NCBI GenBank assembly: GCA_907165135.1
Contig: OU015567.1
Span: 15,066,001-15,130,000, forward strand
Source: Oikopleura dioica
Taxonomy: Eukaryota > Animalia > Chordata
DNA: 64,000 nucleotides
Direction: 5' to 3'
In this document: positions 12,052 through 24,768 of the stretch, piece by piece
Position numbering within the stretch: the stretch's first letter is position 1
How the letters are laid out: the number at the start of each line of letters is the position of its first letter
Made by a program: the position numbers and the translations under genes
Notes under the pieces: generated by a model
What the model was told of the DNA's origin: nothing
Databases searched by the model: none
Seen by the model: the letters and a program-made list of their open reading frames with translations, nothing else

Positions 12052-12241
12052 CTGGGCTCAGCAACCTGTGTTGAAAACCTGAGTCAGAGTCTGAAAGAAC
12101 TGAAATGAAACCATTAAAATCTATCATAAGTTCTGGCGAAGCCGCGTTGCGGCTTCGTTTCTAAAAAAGCCGCTGCGCGGCTTTTCATAACAGTTCTTTC
12201 AGACCCTGACTCAGGTTTTCTACACAGGTTGCCGAGCTCAG
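12052..12241. mobile_element. MITE family A copy
   Basis: Full TIRs CTGGGCTCAGCAACCTGTG ... CACAGGTTGCCGAGCTCAG; flanks CCCCTGTT / CCCCTGTC (8-bp TSD, 7/8 match). Confidence 0.9.
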
Positions 12242-13806
12242 CCCCTGTCTGCACTAATTTATGTTATAAGTGTAAGTGTCATTTTCCGGGATGAATTTAA
12301 TTCTCTTGAACTTTTGCGCCCGTCAAGTTGAAAACTTCAACTCAATTTCGAGACTTTCGACTTGCGAGCACAGCAATTACCGGTAGGGTTTCTTGAAGTT
12401 TAAAGTGTCAAGAAACATGATCGACTGAATCGTCTCAATCATCCCTTTTTTACTCATCTATAATCTGAAACATAGACAGGTAGCCGTCTGATTTACGTGT
12501 ATCTAAAACGAACTTGGTCTCGCAGCCAGCAGAAGAAGAAGAAGATTGGTATAATTATTTAAAATTTGAATTATATAGAGTTTAATTGGAGAAACTCAGC
12601 ATCAATCTCCATCAATGAGCTCTTCAAGTGGCTCCTTTTTTGATGTTCTAAGACGACTTTTTATGTCTCGTTATTTCTGACCTGGGGATAATTGGATACA
12701 CAGTATTTTTATGATGGAGGTCATCAATGTTGATAATCGTGAATTTTCTGGCCGATAAAGTTTGACGCCTCTGTCCTCAATTTTCGCATGCGCCCTTGGA
12801 GATCCAGCGGGGTGCCCATTTGAATTGGGGTCGAATCTCGCCGATCGTGAGGACTGATAAATGGCATTTTCTGAACCTGACTGACACCCCTTCTGTAGCT
12901 TGCTGTGGTGACGGCAGGTGCACGTTGCTAAAATATGCTGGCTCTCCTCTTCGAAGAATAAAGCTCCTGATAATAGGATAGATATTTCAAGAGACCGAGG
13001 GGAGCTCTCGAGATAAGAAGAGTTTGTCCCAAGTTAACGGCAGTTTTAAATTGTATTCATTATAATTGTGGCTTCTATAATTAGAGGAACACTCTTTTTT
13101 AAATTCGGAAGTCAATCAAGTGATTTATTGCGGAAAAATGGTCGATGTAGGAAACCCATAAAAGTCAATCTTTAATCACTCGCCGGATAACCGGTCAGAG
13201 AGCATCAATTTTAGAGAGCTACTACTTGATACGATAATCGTTATTTTAACTTTTTTACTGTTTCTCGCTTTGCATAAAGCTTTCAGTTAAAAAGGTTAAA
13301 ACATTCTAACCCGCGAAATCTCAATTTCCGTTGCGACCTTGTTCGCATTCGACATGGCCCAGACTGCTGCCCAGTTCAAGATCTGAAGCCGTCAGAAGGA
13401 ACACGTGTCCCTAAACGCCGCCGCAACATAAAAACGGCGAAAATTAGGCCTTGTGCTCGGCCATCTGGGCCAGGCAGCTCGTGAAATGCGCACTTGTTTG
13501 CCATTCCGATTATTTTTCTTCTTCATAATTTCTGTGCTCCCATGTGTCCCCATTTTCCGCGGAACAGAATAGTAGTATTGTCCGTCCAAATACTCAGCTT
13601 GATCCTCATCGAGAAGCCTTCCCGGGCAATAAAGACCGCTCAGAGGGGACACGGAAATTTTTAGGGCCCCTCGAAATAGGCCATCGTCAATACTGCTAGC
13701 ACGATCCGACAAGGAAATAAAACTATTTCCGTGGGCTAATTTTGAAAGTACTTTTACGCTACGGCCATTATCAAAAATAGCCCTGGACATCTCAGAATCC
13801 TTCGAA

Positions 13807-13986
13807 CTAGGCTCGGCAACCTGTGTAGAAAACCTGAGTCAGGGTCTGACAGAGCAAATATGAAAAGTCGCGTAGCGGCTTTTAATATAAAGCCGCGAAG
13901 CGGCTTCTCCAAACTTACCAGACTAAATTCTAGAGAAGCCTAACTCAGTCCTGACTCAGGTTTTTTACACAGGTTCCCGAGCCCAG
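13807..13986. mobile_element. MITE family A copy
   Basis: CTAGGCTCGGCAACCTGTGTAGAAAACCTGAGTCAGG ... CCTGACTCAGGTTTTTTACACAGGTTCCCGAGCCCAG with internal hairpins; no TSD recognisable. Confidence 0.88.
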
Positions 13987-14795
13987 CTCCCTAACCCATG
14001 AGAAAGTGGAAGGAGCGAAATTGAAGGGGGTTGTGAATATAAGCTAAATCGAAAAAGGATCAAAGCAGAGCGCGATTTTTTAGCAGTTCCCGCTAGATTT
14101 GAACGGGATTATCCTCTTTTGAGCTAAAGTGTCTCCTGAAGCGAAAAATAAAGCCCCATTTGATCGACGCACGTGGGAAACTCTAAACCTTGAGCCTTGA
14201 CAAAACGGCTTTTCAAAAATAACGGAAGAAAGGAAAAAGAAGAAAAATTGAAAAGAGGATCCCCTCAACCCTAATCCGGAAATGGTCGCCTTTTACGCTA
14301 GTCACATGTCCGACAGTTCAAGTGATCAGAAAACGCTGCGAAATTTTCAAGTAGGAAGGAAACTTGAAAAGTTTTTTGACAAATTCGAAATTCATTGGCA
14401 GTAAAGAATTTTAAGGGTTTTGAATTTTTATGTTTTAATTTCTGAATGAATGGGTTATAAAAAGGGTCAAAGACGGAAAGTCTGCCCCAAACAATGAGCA
14501 ATATTCCTATGAAATTTAAAATTCACCATTGAATCTTCCTGTTTGTTCTATTTCTATTATGGTATTTTGACGATAAAACTTTTTTATTTAAGTTTTATAC
14601 TGAAAATAAAGTCGGATAAAAAATACGGCAGGTTCAAATTCGGAGCTTAGGGTTAGGGTTATGGCTAGGATTAGACTTTACTGTCATCTGAAAATTGAAT
14701 ACTCGGGGAATAAGAGACACCCCAGAAGAAAAAGCCCCTTAAAACGGGTACCCCTCTTTTTTATAAAAACAAAATTTTCTTTGTCAAATAAGATA

Positions 14796-15201
14796 CCGTG
14801 GTTTTCCATCTTAAGAGCGCCCAACTTAAGAGCGTTTTTGTCAATATTTTCCATACTTTGTCATCTGCAAAAATTCCAATTTTAGAGCGTTTTTGGGTAT
14901 TTTTAATTAATATTCAGAATAATGTTTATTTCAACTTTAAAAAATCATTAAAAAAGATGTTTTCTAAGCTTCTTTTTAGGTGAAATCATTGACTTTGATT
15001 CAAAGATCGTAGATATTTTATCATAAATAGCTAAAAATGACCTCGGATACATTGTTAGAGTTTTGAAAAGAGCTCAATTTATGCATTTTTAGCATCATTT
15101 TTTCCCACTGTCATCCTAGTTTGATCGTAAATTTTCCAACATAAGAGCGTTTTGGTCAACCCTTGTCATCCGAAAAACGCTCTAAAGATGGAAAATGACT
15201 G
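14796..15201. mobile_element. Tc1/mariner-type MITE (~406 bp)
   Basis: Imperfect TIRs CCGTGGTTTTCCATCTTAAGAGCG / CGCTCTAAAGATGGAAAATGACTG, flanked by TA on both sides (14794-95, 15202-03); internal TAAGAGCGTTTT repeats. Confidence 0.7.
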
Positions 15202-15610
15202 TAACTAAATTTGAACAACTAGAACAGTTTTATCAGGTCTATCATTTTGTTAACAAACATCATTAACAACTATGGCCAACATCATGTCACGTTATCAACA
15301 TGATATAAAAGTTATAACAGGAAAACATAAATCATTATCACAATTCGTCGTCGAGCACTCCTCGCCCGCTCAGCTCCGCTGTGCGCTGAGCAAGTTGCTC
15401 GTCAGCGCCCCCTGACAGCCGCGGAGCGCCATTTCCGCGGCGCGCGAATTGCCCAGCGCCGATTCCGAATTTTTTCGTTCACAAAGAGCAAAAAACCACT
15501 CGATATTTATTTTTTATCTCTTGAGTCTCTCTTTTTTAATGAAACAGAGTTGAAGAAAAAAACGATAAGAGATTTGAAAGAAAACAGCAAAAGCAGAAGA
15601 AGAAGAAAAG

Positions 15611-18600
15611 ATGTACCATCATGATGCGTTGCATCGTTTTCGCGATCACGAAAGTCTCAATCGCGGAAAGCTGGGCCACGCGACGGGATCATTGACGATC
15701 TCAGATGACGATTCCGGCTTCGCGCTCGAGGAATATGTTTGGGTTCCCCCTGGGCTGACCCCCAAGCAGGTAATGTCCTCTGGTTTCACTCTGAGTGAAC
15801 GGAAACCACTTATCGTCGGTTTCGGTTTTGCTATCGCCAAACAAGCTGCTGATTAGCGGTTCTTGCCGTATACCACCGGCCGGCCATTTATTCAGCATTA
15901 AGCTAGAACACCACCTTGTCCAAGAACCAGAGTGAAATTTCAAATTTGTAATAATCGACTTATCTAGGCTTAGATTGACATGATCCCTCCCGATTTTTTT
16001 TTAAGTCAGTTGACAAAAACCCGCGATAAACAAAATTTGGGCTAAGGGGGCTTAGACGTCTTGCTGGGCAGTGGTATCACGATGCTGTTAAAAAAGATCT
16101 TTCTTTTTCTGTTGTTTGAATTACAGTTTCGCGGCGCTACTTACTGTGTGAATGGATCGAGATTTAATCTTTGGAAAATTGTTGTTCAAATATTTGAAAT
16201 TTGACATTGGGCGTTATTGTCATCGAAATATGAAATATTCACGTTTAATTTTCAGGTCCAAGCGTATTTCTCCCGATTGCCGGAAAACCGCGTTCCATAC
16301 ATCGACTCCGAGGGTGAAAGGTGGCGAACGCAACAGCAGCTCCAGCAGAACCCTCCTCAAGATGGCAAGGTAAGAGATAGTAGATCTCAATCTTTACGAC
16401 TGAGTACTCGCAACTCGTCGACCAGCTGCGTTTTACTGGAGCCTGACTGATTTTTATCAAAGCCAGACCGGTTATTTTTTTTACTAGAAAAAGACAAACA
16501 TCCGGTATTCTAGCGCTCTTGGTATCAAGTGACTCGGAAATGCACAGCTTCTTTTCTGTTCAGTGCATTCCTCATACGTGCCCAGCACTCGATAGAATAG
16601 GCGTTTTTGTGCCGGTTGCGAGACATGGCTAGTTGGGCACGCACAATGCGAGGAATTCCATAACGGTATTAATTACCTTTCAAGGGACTTGTGTGACTGT
16701 GTGCCCTAGATCTCTGCGTGTGCGCGCATCTCGGCATCTGGGCACGCATGCAGAAATATAATCCTCCGGAAAATCCGGGTCGGCATAAAGGGTACCTCTT
16801 TGATGCGCCCGCCCAGACTCCATAAAGACCCAAAACATCTTTTGGCCAAGGGTGCACCTGTGGCAGGCAGTTTGAAGGAGATGCGAGTCGGCGGCGGGGA
16901 TCAAAGAGGCCACGGGCTCGTGTAAAATTTGCACTGTCCTCGATAAGGAAGATTACTGTCTATTTTAGGCACGCTACTGCAACGGCCTCTCCCTTGATGA
17001 GGAAAAGGAGCTGGAAATGTTTGCGACTCAGCGGAGTAAACTTAGCTTTGGCAGAGGAATCGTCCGACCGTATCACCATTACTCCGCAACCGCATGTTCA
17101 AAGGTGAGTGAGAAAGAGGACCGACACCGCACGTCCTCAACACCGCGTTCTCATCTTCGCGTTCCATTCCAGACCGAGCAATAAAACGCATTCTAGTGCG
17201 AAAGCCAGATCAACTACGGCGAACTGATGGTGACCTCCCAGCGCGCGGGACACAGCTATGCCTGGCATCCGGAGTGCTTTTCCTGCCAAACCTGCGACGA
17301 ACTACTGGTCGATTTACAGTGCTACTTCCACAATGGGCGCATATTTTGTGGACGGCATCACGCTGAGACGATCAAGCCGCGATGCGACGCCTGCGACGAG
17401 GTAAATAATAATTGCTTGTTAAAATCGACCATTTCTCGGACAGTGGCTTATCCTGGATTAGGCTCATTATTAAAGTTGTGCTAAATTTTTAACCGGTTTT
17501 GACATGATAGCACGTTTACGACGTTGCCTCTTGACTCGGCGTCTTGAGGCACACTTGAGGATGACACGGACAGTCGAAACTGGGCACACTACGCCATACT
17601 ACGACATCCGTTGGCACATATTTGCGTATTATGTGTATCCTGAATTAAGCTACTACTACTACTGTTTGGCGACGACTGCTTTTTCGTAGAGGCATTCCTA
17701 ACTATCGCTGATGGTCAATGAGCTCTTTCATAGAACCAAATCTACACTTTATTCATTAGATAGCCCATCTGCGGCAAATATTTGAGAAAAACTATGAGAA
17801 CCCGTATAAGCATGAATCGGAAACTCGTCCTTCCGGATGACTGGAAGGCATATTTCCTTAAATTTCTCCAGGCACGTAAAAGGACCGGCCAGTTTCCGGC
17901 GTATCCACCCCATCTTGACCTTGAGCTGTCAGAATCCAATGTTTTGTATTTGCGCCTGGTTCAACTGGAATTTTCAGATCATCTTCGCAGACGAGTGCAC
18001 AGAAGCGGAGGGACAGCATTGGCACATGCGGCACTTTAAATGCACAGACTGCGATGTCATTCTTGGCGGACAACGATACATCATGAGGTAAGCGCAGCTT
18101 CAGCCCATCTGGAGATTCATCAAACACTTTCAGAGAAAAGAAACCCTTTTGCACTGGATGCTTCGAGCGCAAGTTCGCCGAAGTTTGCGCGAAGTGCAAG
18201 GCCACGATCGGCATCGACGAAGGGCAAATGCAGTACAGAGGCGCTCACTGGCATGCTACAGAAAATGTAAGTTCATAAAAACGTGATTTTAATTGCCTAA
18301 ACAAGATCCTCCAAATCGAATCCGCCGCAAATAACTTTTTATGGACGCATTTAGTTATATTATACGAGATAATTAGGGGGTTAACGATAACTGAAGACTG
18401 ACCAGACTTTGACGTTGTTGTTTTCAGTGTTTTTCCTGCTGCACTTGCCAAAAATCGCTGCTCGGCCTGCCCTTTATGCCCCGCGACGATGTGATTTTCT
18501 GCTCCAAATCGTGCGCTGACAACCTTGGACAAGTAAATTCAACTCTCATGTTGATAAAAATATAACCAAATATCTTCTAGCTAATCGAGGCACAAGTTCC

Positions 18601-19735
18601 ACAATCCCAATTCGCAAGACATTCCCTTCTCATCCAGGACGACGTTCAAGAAAGTCCAAGAAACGCTAGGTAACTGACCATCATTTTAATTAACCAATTT
18701 TAAATCATGATTTAGTCACAACTCTACCTTCGAGCATCTCCACGGTGAATCGAAGCCAGATTTCCCACCACCTCCACCTCAAGTTACCAACATTTCAACC
18801 CATGACTCCGCAGCGACAAGCAGTATTAAAAGCTCGGACTACACGACAATCATCGACGATTACCTCAACAACTCTCGCAATGGATCTCCTGCATCTAGTG
18901 CTCCCACTCCTACCCGACGAAATCGTCCTCCACCTGTTCCTACTATTCCAAAGCCTCTCCTAACTCCTACCCCCGAAATCACGTCAATTCGAGAATCGAC
19001 GTCTGAAAGAAATGCTATGGTCACGATAGCTGAGCAGATCGAAACGATTGATCTTCGCTCACCCTCTAAAACTCCTGAAAAAGATGCAGTTCCACCTCAA
19101 CCCACTCCGAGGAAGAAAGTCCGGGGAATCCTCAAAAGCGAGCCCCACTTCAAGACAACTCCTCCGGAAACCCTGACTCAGTTAATTTTTCTCGAGGTCA
19201 ACCTTTCTCTGCTTCTTGCAGATCTGCTGGTGGACGAAAAGCGCCAAAGACATCTGGATACATGTCCGAAATTGATCCTAAAGCTGAAAAGTGCTCCAAA
19301 AAACTGAGAAGAACGAGAAGCACGGATTTGATGAACCGAAAAGACAAACTTTACTTTGAAGACCATGCTGACTGGTGTTCTACGTGTACTTCATCATCTG
19401 ATGATTCTGATTATGATAGATGGGACGAAGATACATTCACTGCTGGCACTTCTGTTCTAGCAAAGTCAAGACCAAACCCGCAGCGATACACCAAGTCCAG
19501 GCAGCTCTCCAGAAGCACGTCTCATGGAGCCAGTTCTTCGCAGAAGAAAAAGAAGCCCATGCGACCCTCCGGCGATTCCTCCAACCCAGTTTCGGAATTT
19601 ATCTACTTCGATGACCGATACGAAGTCCGCCGTCCTGAATGGATCCTCGGAACGACGATGTACGCCCCCGATCAGCCCCTACAAACATCTACAAAGAAAA
19701 AGAAGAAGCACCGAAAACGATGCGTTGTACAGTAA
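15611..19735 (+). CDS. pk: Prickle planar cell polarity protein (PET + 3 LIM + C-terminal CaaX)
   Basis: [23 protein letters not shown]|[15 protein letters not shown] (PET); LIM exons at 17197-17400, ~17980-18086, ~18133-18266 and ~18427-18531; basic C-terminus [13 protein letters not shown]. Confidence 0.95.
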
Positions 19736-20533
19736 CGACTTTGCCCAAAAGCCTTTCCTGCTCGTTTTTTTCCTTCCAGAAAGTGAAACTCCCATCCGCC
19801 TGTTCAACAAAAAAAATGTAAAAAAAAGTAACCGAATAATGTTCCAGCAACTTTTATGCCTCTGCAATTTTTTATTTAAAAAAAATGCGATAAACGCGTT
19901 GAAGCAATCCTTGTACTATTCTGTAAAAAGTAACAAATAAAAAACTCGAAAACATTAAATTTAACAATTTTTAATTTGAAACCACAAAGGAAATTTACTC
20001 ACATGAGTTTCTTTTCCGGTCATTTATGTTTTAAATGACGTGACCTTCCGGAATGAATTCGAATGATGTAATTAATTTCGTCGATAAATTATTAACAAGT
20101 TGCAGCGTGATCGGAAACCGAGCTAACTGCAGTGTCGCCTCCTCGTCGCATCCGAATACGGTTTCTGTCAGAGTCATGTCCACATCAAGTACCTGTTTTG
20201 GCACCTGTCACAAGGTCGTTGTGTCCCGGCGGCATAGTGACCATAGTATTTGCAAAAAAAACCCTTTGCTTGTAAGATGTAATCCGCTCCCTTTTTCATA
20301 AGTTTGAAATATTCTGAAAGGTTAAAACTTGACCAAAGGTGAACTTTTTCTTGTTATCTCCAGATGTTTGCAGAAATCGTATCAGTTTGTTTTGTACGAA
20401 AAGTAGACTCAACAAAAAACTTTATACGATTTTGGACCATAAAATATTACGGCTCCACCCAATAAGTATTCTGAAAACCTGTTCGAATTTGGACTTGCTT
20501 TCATCATTATAGAGAAAATCAAATTTCTTAAAA

Positions 20534-22346
20534 ATGCTTAGCAGTCTTCGACGGAAAGCGACTCAAACAGTCTTGAGGTAAAAAAAAATAACAGAATTTT
20601 GACAGAGTAAACGAATTTCTCAGAGCAACAAGCACTCAAAACGTCAACAACTCGCCTGTTTGGGACCGTGGGATAGAACTGAAATAACAGCTTTCATTTG
20701 GAGATTATAATTAGTGCCTAAACTGTCGTTTTTTCGTTAGACCAAAGGAATTTTCATCCCAAAATAGGCCTGGAACGAGTGGGACCCGCTCGAGGAGGTT
20801 ATTGTTGGTCGAGCAGAAAATGCCATTTGCCCTCCCCTAACTCACGAGGTGAAAGCGAACACATACGAATACTGGTGGGACTACTACAATGACAATGCTG
20901 GAAAACCTTTTGGTGGCGTCGAGGAACGGTTCAATGATAAAATAATTAGTTTAACGGCCTTCCTTGTTATGTAACTTTATTGATGAAGAGCCGCCAATAA
21001 GCACATCAAAAAAGCGATCGCGGAAATGGACGAAGTGTGCAAGATCCTTGAGCTTGAAGGTGTCACCGTCCGACGACCCGAGATCATTGACTGGTCCAAA
21101 GACGTGAAGACGCCTCACTTCGAAGCACAAGGAAACCAGTTTAGACTAAACAGATAATGCCCTGACGTATCGGAAACAGAATGTGTCGAACTGGGCGTCA
21201 GGACTCTACGCCGCCATGCCAAGGGACATTTTAATGACAATTGGCGACGATATTATCGAGGCTCCGATGGCCTGGAGGTCACGGTAAGTTGCAAAATTCA
21301 GCGCACAATGGGGTTCTTTATTCGCGCGCTTTAGATTCTTTGAATACCAAGCGTACCGTCCAATGATCAAAGACTACTTCCGACGAGGTGCAAACTGGAC
21401 CACTGTGCCAAAACCACACATGTCTGATGAGCTTTACGACCAAAATTATCCAGTAAAATCAGTTCTATTATCAATATTCGCAGCAATTTCAATAGATTAA
21501 AAACGTCGAGGATCGGCACAGATTAGCCGAGCAAGGAAAATTCGTGACGACTGAGTACGAGCCGTGCTTCGATGCAGCTGACTTTATCAGAGCTGGAAAG
21601 GATGTTTTTGCCCAAAGAAGTCAAGTTACGAATTACATGGGATTGGAGTGGATGAGGCGTCACTTGGCGAAGAAGGGAATCAAGGAAGAGTACAGAACAT
21701 CATCAAATGATACACTTTTCTATCTTTTTTCGATCTAAGAATTCAATCAAACTATCTATTCATGACTCGCCATAGCTTCATCTCGTGAGCTTCAAGGACC
21801 CCAACCCAATGCATATCGATGCAACATTCAACATCATCGGCGAAGGCTTGGTTCTTTCTAACCCCGATCGACCATGCAAACAAGTGGATCTCTTCAAAAA
21901 AGCCGGCTGGGACATTGTCAAGCCACCACTTCCGACCATTCCAGACTCGCATCCAGTAATTATCTGCACTCAGGCTTGTTCACTCAGCATTTAGCTTTAC
22001 ATGAGTTCGAAATGGCTTTCAATGAATGTTTTGATGATCCGACCGGATGCAGTACTCGTCGAAAGAGATGAAATTCCAATTCAGAAAATGTTCGAAAGTC
22101 TTGGAATCAAATGCATAAAGGTACTGTAAAGAATTTTTCAATACAGTGATTTTCTGACTAGGCATCGATCCGCTACGCCAATTCCCTTGGTGGAGGATTC
22201 CATTGTTGGACAACTGATGTTCGCCGAAAAGGTTTGAAACAGACAAAATATCGAAAGAATAAACGATTTGATCAGGTGAACTGAAATCGTATTTCGATGT
22301 TGAGTACGACTACCCAGAAGACTTCCTCTTCAACCAACCAGAATGA
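20534..22346 (+). CDS. GATM: Glycine amidinotransferase (L-arginine:glycine amidinotransferase)
   Basis: [53 protein letters not shown] and the catalytic [13 protein letters not shown] are recovered across 9 exons. Confidence 0.97.
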
Positions 22347-22462
22347 AAGAACAGAGAAGTCAATGATAGAATATTGTAGCTCAAAATAGACTTTTAACAT
22401 GTGCAAAGAGACAAAAAACATGAATTTCCAATAATTGTCGTATTTACAGTTGTTTATTTGAA

Positions 22463-22834
22463 TCAAGAAAAGTACTGTTGAGGAGCACCCTGTCCTCGTC
22501 CTTTGAACAGAAAAGCGTTTCTCTTCGCCGAGTCGGTATCCATTTGTTTCTCAATTTTGCGCGCAGTGAACACGTACCAAGTTCCGACGCCAATCACTGC
22601 CACCAAATCGAAAACGCAAAGTGCGGACTCACTGAACCGATAAATTAGCGTCCTTCAAACTATTTTGCAAACAAAACAGAAAGAATTTGCTTACCTTAAA
22701 CTTGAATAAAGAAAGGCTGAAAAATAGAAAGCTTTCTTTTGGAACCAAATGGCACTTGTGAGAAGCCAGGTATGCTGAATGCAGATGAAAATGGCCATGA
22801 TAATGAAGAGCAATCGCAGCGAGAGATCTTCCAT
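22463..22834 (-). CDS. Small multi-pass membrane protein (~100 aa), unknown function; an upstream exon is possible
   Basis: MEDLSLRLLFIIMAIFICIQHTWLLTSAIWFQKKAFYFSAFLYSSL|SESALCVFDLVAVIGVGTWYVFTARK...QQYFS* joined across a GTAAG...TTCAG intron. Confidence 0.55.
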
Positions 22835-23410
22835 CTTTCTGTCGAATTCTTTGCCGCTGCGGAGTCTTCAAGCAAAATTTATTTCCCACTTCAATCTTTA
22901 CGACTTACTTTTGGACCCTAAAAGTGCCGGATACTCTTTCTCTCAAAGTGCGCAATTTTCGAAAGCGCACCATATCGAACAGCTCCCCTCCGGCCTACCC
23001 TTTGTTTTCTCAACCCACGGATATTTTTTTTCCAAAAATGCGAAAAAAATATTGACTCAACCCTTCAAGTTGAGCCCCGGGTGAAGGCTCGCGGCGAACT
23101 TGCTCTTGATGATATTGATTTTCCTTTCAATTTTGAAATATCGCTTAGGTTGGGATCAATCGCGGATTATCTCTTTTCGTTTACTTTTCTGATGATTAGG
23201 GGTGAATGAGCGTATTCCAAGGACGGGGAGCCTTGGTGAGACCGACAAAGGTTAGGTGAACAGAGGCGGCATGAATTATGAAAAAGGTCTGGGTAATAAA
23301 ACATCCTCGGACCAGCAAAGCAATTTTACAAATGACTTGCGCAACTCCCCTGAGGATGATCAGGCTTATTTCGATAGTTCAACGAAAAATTTATTGTTTC
23401 AAGAGTTTAT

Positions 23411-24329
23411 TCAGTATCCGTAAGATTCGCCAGTGTAAGCCCATTCGGCTCGGGTGGTTGGGTACCACCATTCTGGGTCTTTAACGCAGTTGTCTTCATC
23501 ACAACATTGTCGGCAGACGGAGTGGCCGTATTCGGGTTCTGGTCGGCATTGTGTGTAATCAGGGTTCTATAAAAACAATCAATCATCGATCTTGTTTTGG
23601 GAAACTTACCGCGTTCTGGAAGTTCTGGGCTTGGTTGTTCGAGCAAGCCATCTTTTGCTTGCAACCAGTAATGATGCTTTCGATGTATCTAGCCTGGCCT
23701 CGGACGTGGCTTCTTTCTCTGATCTCTAACTCGCATGATTCCTGGTTCGATTGACAGGTTTCTTCGTAGCCGTTGTTGGCGCATTCCTCGAAGCTGGTGG
23801 CGTGACATCTCCAGCACTTGAGCCCAGTGGAGGGGTATCCCGTTGGGTTTTTGACTCCTCCATATGGATTCTGCGCGGGGTAGTTGTTGTTGGCGTTGTA
23901 GGAAGCGCCGGCGTTGTAGTTGCTTGCTGGTGGTTGCTGATAGTTGTTGCTGTTGTAGTTGTTGCTTGCAGTGTTGTATTGATTGTTGGAAGGGTAGTTG
24001 TTCTTAGCAGGCTGGTAGTTATTGTTGGCGTACTGGTCGCTGGCTGGTGCCTGGTAGTTTTGCTCGACATAGCCATTTCCGTTTTCATAGACATCACCTC
24101 CGCCAGTGCCAAATGCACCGCCGGTAAGATCGTTGTAAGGGTCAGCAACATAGTTGTTGTTGCTTCCGGCGTTGTAGCCGTTGTTAGCGGGGTACGCGCC
24201 TCCATTGCCGTTCAAAGCATTGATCTGCTCCTGGTAGCTTCCCATAAGAGTCTTCGAAGCGTCGGCACCGGGGCCATCACCTTCCTGAGCAGCAGCGAGA
24301 ACGACGAGGGTAGCGTTGAAGAGCTTCAT
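23411..24329 (-). CDS. Secreted protein with N/Y/G/Q-rich low-complexity region and Cys-rich C-terminal domain (house protein/oikosin-like, inferred)
   Basis: Signal-peptide-like MKLFNATLVVLAAAQ; NNY repeats; CWRC...C...C...C...GCKQKMAC...QC...SVCRQCCDEDNC. One GT-AG intron at 23567-23609. Confidence 0.85.
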
Positions 24330-24768
24330 TTTTGATATTCAAAATTCAAGTTCTTCCTTTTTGTTTTGCAATTGGAACGAAACACAGGCTTTTATATTGC
24401 CCGCGCGCGTTAATGCAATTTGAAATTGAGAAAAAGAGCCGAGGTTGTCACGAAATGTCAAGCCTAGCTTCGTTTTATAACATCAGACGGGGCAGAATAT
24501 ACGAAGAAACGCGGGTTTTTTCGCGACTGTTTTGAACTTTTACCGTTCATTCGCAAAAACAAAACCGTATCTAGTAAAATTTCCTCAAAATTATTGACCC
24601 TTATTTCACTCAGCTTCCATTTTGCTAAGTCAGAGTCCGAAGTCTTTTTCACACTTCCATGCAACTTTACCATTGCTAGAGCATTTGATAGACGTAGAAG
24701 GTATTCTATTTTGAACTCTTTTCTATCGTTTCAGCAAGCCGATTTGGTTGAGATAAATTTGAATAAAA

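Noticed and set aside
16669-16934. ORFs in the second prickle intron as a nested gene or alternative exon
   Set aside because: No motif similarity and no convincing splice sites that join in frame.
23726-24335. Long alternative ORFs (23751-24335 +, 23726-24205 -)
   Set aside because: Shadow frames of the low-complexity secreted protein; their V- or T-rich composition follows from the AAC/TAC repeats.
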